Origin: a virus
Lineage: Duplodnaviria > Heunggongvirae > Uroviricota > Caudoviricetes
DNA length: 47,550 nt
Virus record (IMG/VR): IMGVR_UViG_2534681704_000008
Reading direction: 5' to 3' (one strand)
Of the stretch, positions 37,915 to 46,254 are shown piece by piece. The notes below the pieces were generated by a model, which made no database searches, was not told the DNA's origin, and saw nothing but the letters and a program-made list of their open reading frames with translations. Position numbers and translations under genes: made by a program. Numbering within the stretch: the first letter of the stretch is position 1; each line of letters opens with the position of its first letter.

Positions 37915-38199
37915 ATGAACGCATACCTCACTTACGACCGCATCGAAGATCGGCGGTGGGTTGAGCAGCAACTCACCGACGAGAAAGAGAAGTGGATCGG
38001 CGACCGGGCGCAGCAAATTATCGACATGATGCCAAAAGAGCCGTCCGGCCTCTTCCACTTCACGGTCCCGATTGACTCCAGCCCGTACGAAGGACTTCGC
38101 AGCGATAAAGCTGGCGAGGCCTACAACGATTTCATTTCGGCAGTTGCTTACGCCCAGGCGGAATACGACTGGGAACACCGTACCGGCTGCCCGTTTTAA
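37915..38199 (+). CDS. Hypothetical early protein
   Basis: 94 aa, CAGGAG RBS. Confidence 0.5.
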   Translation: MNAYLTYDRIEDRRWVEQQLTDEKEKWIGDRAQQIIDMMPKEPSGLFHFTVPIDSSPYEGLRSDKAGEAYNDFISAVAYAQAEYDWEHRTGCPF

Positions 38200-38217
38200 T
38201 TTTTGAGGGGATTAACG

Positions 38218-39063
38218 ATGGCAAACGAATTAACAATCACAGCGACGTCGCTTCAGGAGATAGGCGTCGACGTCTCCACCTGGAGCGCGCTGAAGAACAG
38301 CATCTACCCTGGCGCCAAAGACGAATCGGTAATGATGGCGCTTGACTACTGCAGAGCCCGCCAGCTGGATCCGTTGCTCAAACCTGTCCACCTCGTTCCG
38401 ATGTACGTCAAAGACTCGAAAACAGGTAAAGGCGACTGGCGAGACGTCGTCATGCCTGGCATCGGGCTTTACCGCATTCAGGCAGACCGTTCTGGCGATT
38501 ATGCCGGTGCCCGCGAACCAGAGTTCGGGCCCGACGTAACTCAAACGCTTACTGGTGTCGAGGTGACCTTCCCTCAGTGGTGCAAATACACCGTCTACAA
38601 GCGCATGCCCAGTGGAGAGATCGTCGAGTTCAGCGCCAAAGAATACTGGATTGAGAACTACGCCACCGGCGGACGCGACACCACGGCGCCGAACGCGATG
38701 TGGAAAAAGCGCCCATACGGACAGCTGGCGAAATGCGCGGAAGCCCAGGCTTTGCGTAAGGCATGGCCTGAGATTGGACAGCAGCCTACCGCCGAAGAAA
38801 TGGAAGGCAAATCACTGGAGGTAGATATCCGTGACGTCACGCCGCGCAACACCACAGAAGCGCTTCCACCAGCAGCAAGCGAAGAAACGCTTCAGGCGAT
38901 AACCGATCTCTTAAAAACTCTGGATAAAGACTGGGAGAAAGACTTCCTACCACTGTGCAGCGACATCTTCAAACGGCAAATTCTTGAGGCGTCAGAACTC
39001 ACTGAAGAAGAGGCTCAGAAAGGGTTTGGCTTCCTTCAGAAAAGGGCTAAGGCGGCAGCATGA
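38218..39063 (+). CDS. recT: RecT single-strand annealing recombinase
   Basis: 281 aa from MANELTIT (GAGGGG RBS); paired with the downstream exonuclease. Confidence 0.8.
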   Translation: MANELTITATSLQEIGVDVSTWSALKNSIYPGAKDESVMMALDYCRARQLDPLLKPVHLVPMYVKDSKTGKGDWRDVVMPGIGLYRIQADRSGDYAGAREPEFGPDVTQTLTGVEVTFPQWCKYTVYKRMPSGEIVEFSAKEYWIENYATGGRDTTAPNAMWKKRPYGQLAKCAEAQALRKAWPEIGQQPTAEEMEGKSLEVDIRDVTPRNTTEALPPAASEETLQAITDLLKTLDKDWEKDFLPLCSDIFKRQILEASELTEEEAQKGFGFLQKRAKAAA

Positions 39064-39740
39064 CACCCGAAATTATCCTGGCCCGGACCGGTATTGACGT
39101 TACCACTATCCAACAGGGCGATGAGGCGTGGCACCGGCTGCGCCTCGGCGTTATCACCGCCTCTGAAGTGCACAACGTCATCGCCAAGCCAAGATCGGGA
39201 AAGAAGTGGACAGACATGAAAATGTCCTACTTCCACACGCTGCTCGCCGAGGTATGCACCGGCGTGGCGCCAGAGGTTAACGCCAAGGCGCTGGCCTGGG
39301 GCAAGCAGTACGAGGAAGACGCCCGCACGCTCTTCGAGTTCACCACTGACGTGAAAGTCACGGAGTCTCCGATCCTGTTCCGTGACGAGAGCATGCGCAC
39401 AGCGTGCTCCCCTGACGGTCTGTGCAGTAACGGGTTCGGTCTTGAGCTTAAATGCCCTTTCACCTCTCGCGACTTCATGAAATTTCGGCTTGGCGGTTTC
39501 GAAGCCATCAAGTCTGCGTACATGGCCCAGGTGCAGTACAGCATGTGGGTGACCGGGAAAGATGCCTGGTTTTTTGCTAACTACGACCCGCGCATGAAGC
39601 GCGAAGGTATTCACCACGTCGTCGTTGAGCGGGATCCGCAATACATGACCGATTTCAACGAAATGGTGCCGGAGTTCATCGAGAAGATGGACGAGGCGCT
39701 GGCGGAGATCGGCTTCACGTTCGGGGAGCAGTGGAAATGA
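39060..39740 (+). CDS. Lambda-type 5'-3' exonuclease (YqaJ-like)
   Basis: 226 aa; ATGA overlap with recT. Confidence 0.75.
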   Translation: MTPEIILARTGIDVTTIQQGDEAWHRLRLGVITASEVHNVIAKPRSGKKWTDMKMSYFHTLLAEVCTGVAPEVNAKALAWGKQYEEDARTLFEFTTDVKVTESPILFRDESMRTACSPDGLCSNGFGLELKCPFTSRDFMKFRLGGFEAIKSAYMAQVQYSMWVTGKDAWFFANYDPRMKREGIHHVVVERDPQYMTDFNEMVPEFIEKMDEALAEIGFTFGEQWK

Positions 39741-40165
39741 AACGCACACCCTTCTATCGCCGGCCCGGGCGAACCGGGCAATTCTCCGGCCTCCGTGAGC
39801 GCGTTATCTGGATGATTCAGACGCGCGGCCGCCCGGTAACAGGCAGCGAAATCGCTGAGAAGTTTGGCGTAACGCTCATCGAGTTTAACCGGGTCGCCAA
39901 CGGCATCACCCGCGGCACCGGACAGATAGCACAGATTGTTGAGTCGGAAAAATGGCTCAACGAGGACGGCATCTGCGACCGGGCATTCGACCTGATCACG
40001 AAGCCAAAAGTAGTAACACCTCAGGGTAAATCGCGGTTGTTCACCCGGCGCGCCATAGAGCAATCGAAGGAAGGCAGACGGCAGGAGTGCATTGCCCGCG
40101 CCGCCCGCCGTAGCCGCCTGATTGCTCAGGGCCTCTACATCGACGAAATGGAGTCAGTGCTATGA
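39737..40165 (+). CDS. Hypothetical protein, possibly winged-helix
   Basis: 142 aa from MKRTPFYRR; ATGA overlap with exo stop. Confidence 0.45.
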   Translation: MKRTPFYRRPGRTGQFSGLRERVIWMIQTRGRPVTGSEIAEKFGVTLIEFNRVANGITRGTGQIAQIVESEKWLNEDGICDRAFDLITKPKVVTPQGKSRLFTRRAIEQSKEGRRQECIARAARRSRLIAQGLYIDEMESVL

Positions 40166-40329
40166 AAGCGTGGTCTCTCGAAGAGCTGGCGCTGCTGTGG
40201 CGACACTCAAACGCTGAAGTCGCAGAGATTACCGGCCGCAGTATTGATGAGGTCGGAGATAAGCGGCTGCAAACCAATATTGAGCGTAATGGCTGGGATG
40301 TAAACGATCCGGAACGGGAGGATGCATGA
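40162..40329 (+). CDS. Small hypothetical protein absent from the ORF track
   Basis: 55 aa ([25 protein letters not shown]...), ATGA overlaps at both ends. Confidence 0.45.
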   Translation: MKAWSLEELALLWRHSNAEVAEITGRSIDEVGDKRLQTNIERNGWDVNDPEREDA

Positions 40330-41387
40330 GCAAAGTAGGCGATTATTTCTTTGAGTTCCCGGCGTCGCGCGGCACGCAGGGTTGTACGGTGACTTACATG
40401 ATCACAGCACCTGCCCGCGCACTGACGCGCATACTTGCCTCCGACAATCACGGCAGCACGCTCGATCGTTCTCAACGCGAAATTAACCAGGCGCGAGTGA
40501 AGAAGTTTTACCAGTACCTCGTCAATGCATACCAAAATAAAGAGCCCTTCATCATCCCGCCACTGGTCGGCAACTGCGACGCGGATATTGAGTTTGAAGA
40601 GTTCGGCAATACGAATGTGGGCGTCGCACGCTTCCCTATGGATGCAGTGATCAAGCTGTTCGACGGCCAGCACCGCGCAGCCGGATTAGCTGAGTTCTGC
40701 CGGACTTACGGAGAGCCAATCAGCATCCCGCTGATGCTAACCCATAATCTCCCACTGAAGGCACGCCAGCAGTTCTTCTCCGATATCAATAACAACGTCT
40801 CGAAACCTTCCGCTGCGATCAACATGGCCTATGACGGGCGTAATGAAGTTGCACAGGGGATGGTGACGTTCCTGTCTCAGCACGACACCTTCGCAGAGGT
40901 GACAGACTTCGAGCACAACGTCGTACCGGCGAAAAGTAAGTTGTGGGTGAGCTTCAAGGCGCTTAGCGACGCGACGGCCAAGTTTGCCAACGCGGGCGGC
41001 AAGCCGCTGGAAATGGGCGACATCGAATCCATCTGGGAGGCCTGGTTGGCCCTGACGCAGATCGAAGCGATTCGCCACGGCACCAGCCAGGCAGACTACA
41101 AGCGCGACTACATTCAGTTCCACGCAGTGATGATTAACGCCTTCGGCTATGCCGTTCAGCGGCTGATGGCTGACCACTCAATCGTAGATATCGTCCAGAT
41201 GATTGAGGAACTGGCGAGCAGTGCGGGCTCCTCTGAGATGGAAGACTTCTTCCTGATTTCCCGGTGGGGTGGTGTCTGCGTGAATGCCGAAAAAGACCGT
41301 CCAACGGTCATTGCCTCCGTTCCGGCGCAGAAATCTGCTGCAGACCGTCTCGTCAAAGTTATCCTGGCGAAAAGCCTTGAGGAGTAG
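40326..41387 (+). CDS. DGQHR-domain protein (ParB/DndB-like superfamily)
   Basis: 353 aa with an exact FDGQHRAAG motif. Confidence 0.7.
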   Translation: MSKVGDYFFEFPASRGTQGCTVTYMITAPARALTRILASDNHGSTLDRSQREINQARVKKFYQYLVNAYQNKEPFIIPPLVGNCDADIEFEEFGNTNVGVARFPMDAVIKLFDGQHRAAGLAEFCRTYGEPISIPLMLTHNLPLKARQQFFSDINNNVSKPSAAINMAYDGRNEVAQGMVTFLSQHDTFAEVTDFEHNVVPAKSKLWVSFKALSDATAKFANAGGKPLEMGDIESIWEAWLALTQIEAIRHGTSQADYKRDYIQFHAVMINAFGYAVQRLMADHSIVDIVQMIEELASSAGSSEMEDFFLISRWGGVCVNAEKDRPTVIASVPAQKSAADRLVKVILAKSLEE

Positions 41388-41389
41388 TT

Positions 41390-41845
41390 ATGACAATGCA
41401 GATGCACTCAATGCCCTGGCCTGAATCTCAGGCCATCTTTTTGTCAAAAACCTACCTTTACATGAACATGGATGAGCTGTGCAAAAGGTTACAACGCACC
41501 AAAGCGTCTATCCAGATGAAGGCCAGCAGCATGGGTCTTTACCGCTGTGGGAAATTAACCATCGACGATCTGCAGCTGATTGAAGCCCTGCTTGATGCCG
41601 GTCTTGAGCATGCGGTTATTGCCAGAAAGTTCGAACTCTCCAAGCCTCAGCTAATGAGGGTTCTGGAAACGGGAGCCTTTCATTGCGATATCTGCGGCAC
41701 GTTCTCCGCGTCTATGCGTTCCTCTTACTGGAAATTCGACGGAGAGCCGCAAAGGACTTATAGCTGCTGTCCGGAGTGTTGCCGGGCGATGGTTGAAAGC
41801 TTTAACGCAGGACACGACGGGCCGTTGCTGGCACGCAGACGGTAG
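41390..41845 (+). CDS. Hypothetical protein with C-terminal Cys-rich zinc-ribbon-like motif
   Basis: 151 aa; HCDICGTF...SCCPECC. Confidence 0.45.
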   Translation: MTMQMHSMPWPESQAIFLSKTYLYMNMDELCKRLQRTKASIQMKASSMGLYRCGKLTIDDLQLIEALLDAGLEHAVIARKFELSKPQLMRVLETGAFHCDICGTFSASMRSSYWKFDGEPQRTYSCCPECCRAMVESFNAGHDGPLLARRR

Positions 41846-41850
41846 GAGGC

Positions 41851-42510
41851 ATGACCGAAAAATACGCTCTTATCTACGCAGATCCTCCCTGGTCTTACGG
41901 CAACACCATCAGCAATGGCGCCGCTGCCGACCACTATTCCACCATGAAGCTAATCGACATCAAACGCCTGCCAGTCTGGGAACTTGCCGCCGAAAACGCT
42001 GTGCTGGCGATGTGGTACACCGGCACGCATAACCAGGAGGCGATCGAACTGGCCGAGGCCTGGGGCTTTACCGTTCGCACTATGAAAGGCTTTACCTGGG
42101 TGAAGCTGAACCAGAACGCCGAACTGCGCATCAACAAGGCGCTGGCTGAGGGTGAGGTCATCGACTTTTACGACTTCCTCGATCTGCTTAACGCCGAGAC
42201 TCGCATGAATGGCGGCAACCACACCCGGGCCAATACTGAAGACCTGCTGATAGCTACCCGCGGCGCCGGGCTGGAACGTAAGCACGCCGGGATTAAGCAG
42301 GTGGTGTACAGCCCACTCGGCGCGCACAGCGAAAAGCCGTGGGAAGTTCGGCACCGGCTGGAGCTGCTTTATGGAGATGTGCCGCGCATTGAGCTATTTA
42401 GCCGCAGCGCGGCGCCGGGCTGGGATCACTGGGGGAATCAGTGCGCCACCGCCGCGGTGGAACTGCTTCCCGGCTGCGCCATCGATGTTGTGAAAACGGA
42501 GGCCGCATGA
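41851..42510 (+). CDS. N6-adenine DNA methyltransferase, MT-A70-like
   Basis: 219 aa with the DPPW catalytic motif (YADPPWSYGN) near the N-terminus. Confidence 0.75.
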   Translation: MTEKYALIYADPPWSYGNTISNGAAADHYSTMKLIDIKRLPVWELAAENAVLAMWYTGTHNQEAIELAEAWGFTVRTMKGFTWVKLNQNAELRINKALAEGEVIDFYDFLDLLNAETRMNGGNHTRANTEDLLIATRGAGLERKHAGIKQVVYSPLGAHSEKPWEVRHRLELLYGDVPRIELFSRSAAPGWDHWGNQCATAAVELLPGCAIDVVKTEAA

Positions 42511-43556
42511 CGCCAGCAGCTTATTACAACGAAATCGACCCGTTCGCTGCTCAGTGGCTGCGTAACCTGATCGCCGGCGGTCATATCGCCCCGGGCGAAG
42601 TTGATGAAAGGAGTATTGAAGATGTCACACCTGACGATCTGCGAGGATTCACGCAGTGCCACTTCTTCGCCGGAATTGGCGTATGGTCTCATTCCCTGCG
42701 GCTCGCCGGATGGCCTGACGATAAACCAGTCTGGACCGGCTCCTGCCCGTGCCAGCCTTTCAGCGCGGCAGGCAAAGGAGATGGGTTTGCTGACGAGCGG
42801 CACCTTTGGCCCCACTTCTTCCACCTCATCAGCGAGCGCAGACCTGAGCATGTCTTTGGCGAACAGGTTGCAAGCGGTAACGCAAACACATGGTTCGACC
42901 TTGTACAAGCTGACCTGGAAGGAATGGAATACGCCTTCGGGCTTGTGCCGTTTGCGGCAGCGGGCGTCGGTGCTCCGCACATCAGAGAGCGGGCCTACTG
43001 GGTGGCCTACGCCAACAGCCAGATCGACGACCGGCGCAGGCACATCGGGGCGGATGGGAGGAATGAACATTCAGACTGCAGTAACCCTGACAGGTTGGCC
43101 GACACCCACAACGATCGACAACAATCAGGTTGCTGGCCAAGCTGCGGCTGCAAATGCACCAAAGCGGGGATCCACACTGGGCGGAGCATCAAGGCTTGCA
43201 GGATGGGTGACGCCAACCTCACGCGACTGGAAGGACTCGGCGGGAATGACTGCGCAGCGGGATGGCAAGGAGCGACTGGACCAGTTGCCTCGCCAGGCGT
43301 ACACATGCGGGCCCTTGAGGTTAACGGTTTTTGGCGAGATGCGGACTGGCTCTTTTGTAGAGATGGAAAATGGCGTCCAGTTGAACCCGGCACATTCCCG
43401 CTGGTTGATGGGGCTGCCGCGCGCCTGGTGCGAGTCGAGCCCGGGGTGGCAAGAGTGGCAAGCAGCAACCGCGTCGGCCGCCTGAAAGGGTACGGCAACG
43501 CCATAAACGCACAGGCTGCGGCTGAATTTATCCGGGCCTATATGGAGGGTTTATGA
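42507..43556 (+). CDS. DNA cytosine-5 methyltransferase (Dcm-like); reading frame possibly disrupted
   Basis: Motifs I (FFAGIGVW), IV (SCPCQPFSAAGK), VI (VFGEQV), VIII (HIRERAYW) and X-like (RLKGYGNAINAQAAAEFI) in the annotated frame; the +1 frame also looks coding in the middle. Confidence 0.6.
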   Translation: MTPAAYYNEIDPFAAQWLRNLIAGGHIAPGEVDERSIEDVTPDDLRGFTQCHFFAGIGVWSHSLRLAGWPDDKPVWTGSCPCQPFSAAGKGDGFADERHLWPHFFHLISERRPEHVFGEQVASGNANTWFDLVQADLEGMEYAFGLVPFAAAGVGAPHIRERAYWVAYANSQIDDRRRHIGADGRNEHSDCSNPDRLADTHNDRQQSGCWPSCGCKCTKAGIHTGRSIKACRMGDANLTRLEGLGGNDCAAGWQGATGPVASPGVHMRALEVNGFWRDADWLFCRDGKWRPVEPGTFPLVDGAAARLVRVEPGVARVASSNRVGRLKGYGNAINAQAAAEFIRAYMEGL

Positions 43557-43771
43557 CACCAGCAAATGAAAACGCCATCCGCGCGGCCTGCCGACGCTGC
43601 ACCGAAGAAATCCAGCAGGCCATGCGCAAGAAGCCAAAGCCTAACTGGAACGCAACGGTGCCTCCCATCATCAACAAGCATCACAAGAAAATTGAAGCTC
43701 TGGGAGTTAGCCTCCTGGAGTTCGTCGTATACACAGGGCGGCTTAATCGCCGCTTCGGAGTTGAATTGTGA
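43553..43771 (+). CDS. Hypothetical protein
   Basis: 72 aa, ATGA overlap with the methyltransferase stop. Confidence 0.45.
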   Translation: MTPANENAIRAACRRCTEEIQQAMRKKPKPNWNATVPPIINKHHKKIEALGVSLLEFVVYTGRLNRRFGVEL

Positions 43772-44304
43772 AGGTTGAAAAAAGCGATGTTCTGGCGTTT
43801 ACCATTTCAGATGTTGAACGTCTCGACCCTGTCAGGGTGATGATTGAAAACTATGAACCTGGTAAGGGTCGCATCACCATCACCTGCTTCGGTAAGGCCT
43901 GGACCGGCGCATGGTTTGCTATGGGCGGTGATACCGTGCAGGAGTTCATTAAGCACGTCAGCAATGAGTACCTTATAGGCTATTTCGACCCGCAACTGCA
44001 AAGCACGGTGGATGATGATAACGACGCCAACCTTGAATTCGTCAAAGGTGAGATCATCAAACTCCGGCGCCAGCAGGAAATCGATGCTGATGATGCCAGG
44101 GAAATGTGGGATGAGGCTGAAGATGCTGAAGATGTGAAGGCGAGCTGCTGCAACTATCTCGTCGGCGACAAGTTGCTTAACCTGCTGGGTGATGACCCAT
44201 GGTACGCAAAATGGCCGTCTGTGCCGAACCATCATTATCAGTACCTCGAACGCATCATTGATGCAGTGCGCGGTGGGCTCGCAGAACTGGAGCGTGCTGC
44301 ATGA
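43768..44304 (+). CDS. Hypothetical acidic protein
   Basis: 178 aa, tiled in the operon. Confidence 0.5.
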   Translation: MKVEKSDVLAFTISDVERLDPVRVMIENYEPGKGRITITCFGKAWTGAWFAMGGDTVQEFIKHVSNEYLIGYFDPQLQSTVDDDNDANLEFVKGEIIKLRRQQEIDADDAREMWDEAEDAEDVKASCCNYLVGDKLLNLLGDDPWYAKWPSVPNHHYQYLERIIDAVRGGLAELERAA

Positions 44305-44492
44305 ACAGAGCCTCTCCAGTTGATTTGAGGAAAAGCCTCGAAATAGCCAACCATCTGGCGCACATCGGGATTCGCTTTGTGCCGATCCCGGTGGCCACCA
44401 AAGAAGAATTCCAGACGCTGGCCGCCGAGTTATCGCGACGGCTTGAGCAGATGGCGGTCGAAGCCGAGAAGAATGAAGGCGGTGCAGCATGA
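44301..44492 (+). CDS. Small hypothetical protein
   Basis: 63 aa, tiled in the operon. Confidence 0.45.
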   Translation: MNRASPVDLRKSLEIANHLAHIGIRFVPIPVATKEEFQTLAAELSRRLEQMAVEAEKNEGGAA

Positions 44493-44583
44493 AGGAACTA
44501 ATCACCCAGGAGCTTAAGGCTCCTTTTTTATTGCTGGCGTTCACATTCAACCGAATTAACCGACAGTTCCGGGAGCATTGACC

Positions 44584-44802
44584 ATGGCCGATATCATCGA
44601 TACCGCAGCAGAGATTGAAGAGCTTCAGCGTAACGCTGCCCTTTCCGCTCACCGCGTAAATCGCAACGCCGTATCAGCTGAGCATTGCGCGGAATGCGGC
44701 GAGGATATCCCGGCGCCGCGGCGCGCTGCCGTTCCCGGCTGCCAGACGTGCGCGGATTGCCAGAGTGTTATCGAATTGAGGAATAAGCAAAGAGGACTTT
44801 GA
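44584..44802 (+). CDS. TraR/DksA-family C4 zinc-finger protein
   Basis: 72 aa from MADIID; CAECGEDIP...CQTCADCQ four-Cys motif. Confidence 0.7.
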   Translation: MADIIDTAAEIEELQRNAALSAHRVNRNAVSAEHCAECGEDIPAPRRAAVPGCQTCADCQSVIELRNKQRGL

Positions 44803-44848
44803 TAATGAAATTCGGGTTGCGGTCGCCACTCCGCTTCCCTGGCGCTTA

Positions 44849-44926
44849 TTAGGCGCTTAGTTGGTGAATCATATAGGCAAACATCACAAAGTAGTAGATG
44901 GCCTGAAAAACTTTGATTGCGTCCAT
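44849..44926 (-). CDS. Candidate 25-aa hydrophobic peptide with hairpin-sequestered SD
   Basis: MDAIKVFQAIYYFVMFAYMIHQLSA; GAGGGG SD 7 nt upstream forms the 3' arm of the cccctttgagggg hairpin. Confidence 0.3.
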   Translation of the reverse strand: MDAIKVFQAIYYFVMFAYMIHQLSA

Positions 44927-45236
44927 GTTTAGACCCCTCAAAGGGGCAAGGTCTTATCAGTAGCTGCCCACTTACCCCGCACTGATAACCCTCCATTACG
45001 GAGGGATTGCAGGTTGACAGCAATAGCCTGGCGGCGTAGCAGGGCAAGACCATTGAATAAAAGTTTGCGAATTACGCGTTAACGTAATTGCAGTAGTTTT
45101 TATCCATGGATTGCGGGCCTGTCTGTTCGCACCCCTCCGATATGTTGGCGTTTATATCACAAGCATTAGATTATTCCGATATCTTTTTTATGATCGGCAA
45201 CCAAAGGCTCATTTAACAAGCAAATAGAGGGTCAAA

Positions 45237-45563
45237 ATGGAGCAATACGAAACCGGTTCATCACTTCAGTTACGCAACCTTATTCGCCAACGCCACGCTG
45301 AATGGTCAGAAAAGACCTTCGGCAATGTCGGCCCCATTGGACCGCTGAAGCACCTTTCCAAAGAGGCGCTGGAAGCTGCAGCCGATCCTGGCGACCTCAG
45401 CGAGTGGGCTGATATGCAGTTCCTGCTATGGGACGCGCAGCGGCGCGCCGGTATCACCGATGAGCAAATCACCGCGGCGCTGGAAGAAAAGCTGAAGGTG
45501 AACATGACCCGCCACTGGCCGGAACCGAAAGACGGTGAGCCGCGTCTTCACATCAAACCATGA
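45237..45563 (+). CDS. DUF550-like protein
   Basis: 108 aa, AGAGGG RBS, MQFLLWDAQRRAGITDEQI; followed by a terminator-like hairpin plus T-run near 45622-45650. Confidence 0.55.
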   Translation: MEQYETGSSLQLRNLIRQRHAEWSEKTFGNVGPIGPLKHLSKEALEAAADPGDLSEWADMQFLLWDAQRRAGITDEQITAALEEKLKVNMTRHWPEPKDGEPRLHIKP

Positions 45564-45754
45564 CGCAACTGATAGCCAGTTATGAGCTGGCTATTGGGTG
45601 CGAAAGCACTGCAACGTCATCCCTTTTGCCCGGCCCCGCGCCGGGCTTCTTTTTGGGAGTTAACCATGCAATCAAACCCCATGACTTGGCTCATCGCCGC
45701 ACTTATGGCGCTGGGCGCGCTCATATCATTTCTTCACGAACCGGAAGGTGTGCA

Positions 45755-45955
45755 ATGGCTGCTTTTAATGTGGGCGCATTAGTCCAGAAGAAGACTGGCG
45801 GTATCAGAGGAAGGATAGAAAGCCTGCTGGAGCCGGAAAACGATAAGGCGAGGGTTTATGTCGCATGGGACGGCGGCACATATCAGATCCATTACGAATA
45901 CGAACTCCGCGCGGCCACGCCAGACCAGCCGCAGTTTTATAAAACGATGTCATAG
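45755..45955 (+). CDS. Small hypothetical protein upstream of xis
   Basis: 66 aa from MAAFNVGALV (GGAAGG RBS); a possible 38-aa membrane peptide (45666-45782) overlaps upstream. Confidence 0.4.
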   Translation: MAAFNVGALVQKKTGGIRGRIESLLEPENDKARVYVAWDGGTYQIHYEYELRAATPDQPQFYKTMS

Positions 45956-45963
45956 GAGCGACC

Positions 45964-46209
45964 ATGAGCGAAATTATTCAAATCGTGCCCAGTGACTGGG
46001 TGACAGAAGACCTGCTTGTGAAGATGACAGGGCTACGCCCGGGAACGATAGCGCGGGCCCGTAAAAAAAGCTGGCTCTGCGGCAGGGAGTACGTCCACAT
46101 GTCTCCGGACAGTGTCCCAAAGGAAAACAGCGAGTGCTTGTATAACCACAAAGCGATCGACCAGTGGGTTGAGAGCCTCAAAAAGAAACAGCCAGGTGCG
46201 CGCCAATGA
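45964..46209 (+). CDS. xis: Excisionase
   Basis: 81 aa, basic, immediately upstream of int. Confidence 0.7.
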   Translation: MSEIIQIVPSDWVTEDLLVKMTGLRPGTIARARKKSWLCGREYVHMSPDSVPKENSECLYNHKAIDQWVESLKKKQPGARQ

Positions 46210-46254
46210 GGATCCGTTTATGCTTAGCGGGCTCTTGGACGTCAGGAGGGAATA

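Noticed and set aside
39036-39749. 237-aa minus-strand ORF
   Set aside because: Antisense to the exonuclease gene; the plus-strand gene has clear homology and translational coupling.
40041-40673. 210-aa minus-strand ORF
   Set aside because: Antisense to the tiled early-left operon including the DGQHR gene; Arg/Cys-rich.
42438-43070. 210-aa minus-strand ORF across the methyltransferase genes
   Set aside because: Antisense to methyltransferase motifs on the plus strand; no supporting features.
44649-45053. 134-aa minus-strand ORF
   Set aside because: Overlaps the TraR-like gene antisense and runs through hairpin-rich intergenic DNA; Cys/Leu-rich with no RBS. The shorter 25-aa peptide with an SD is the more plausible element there.
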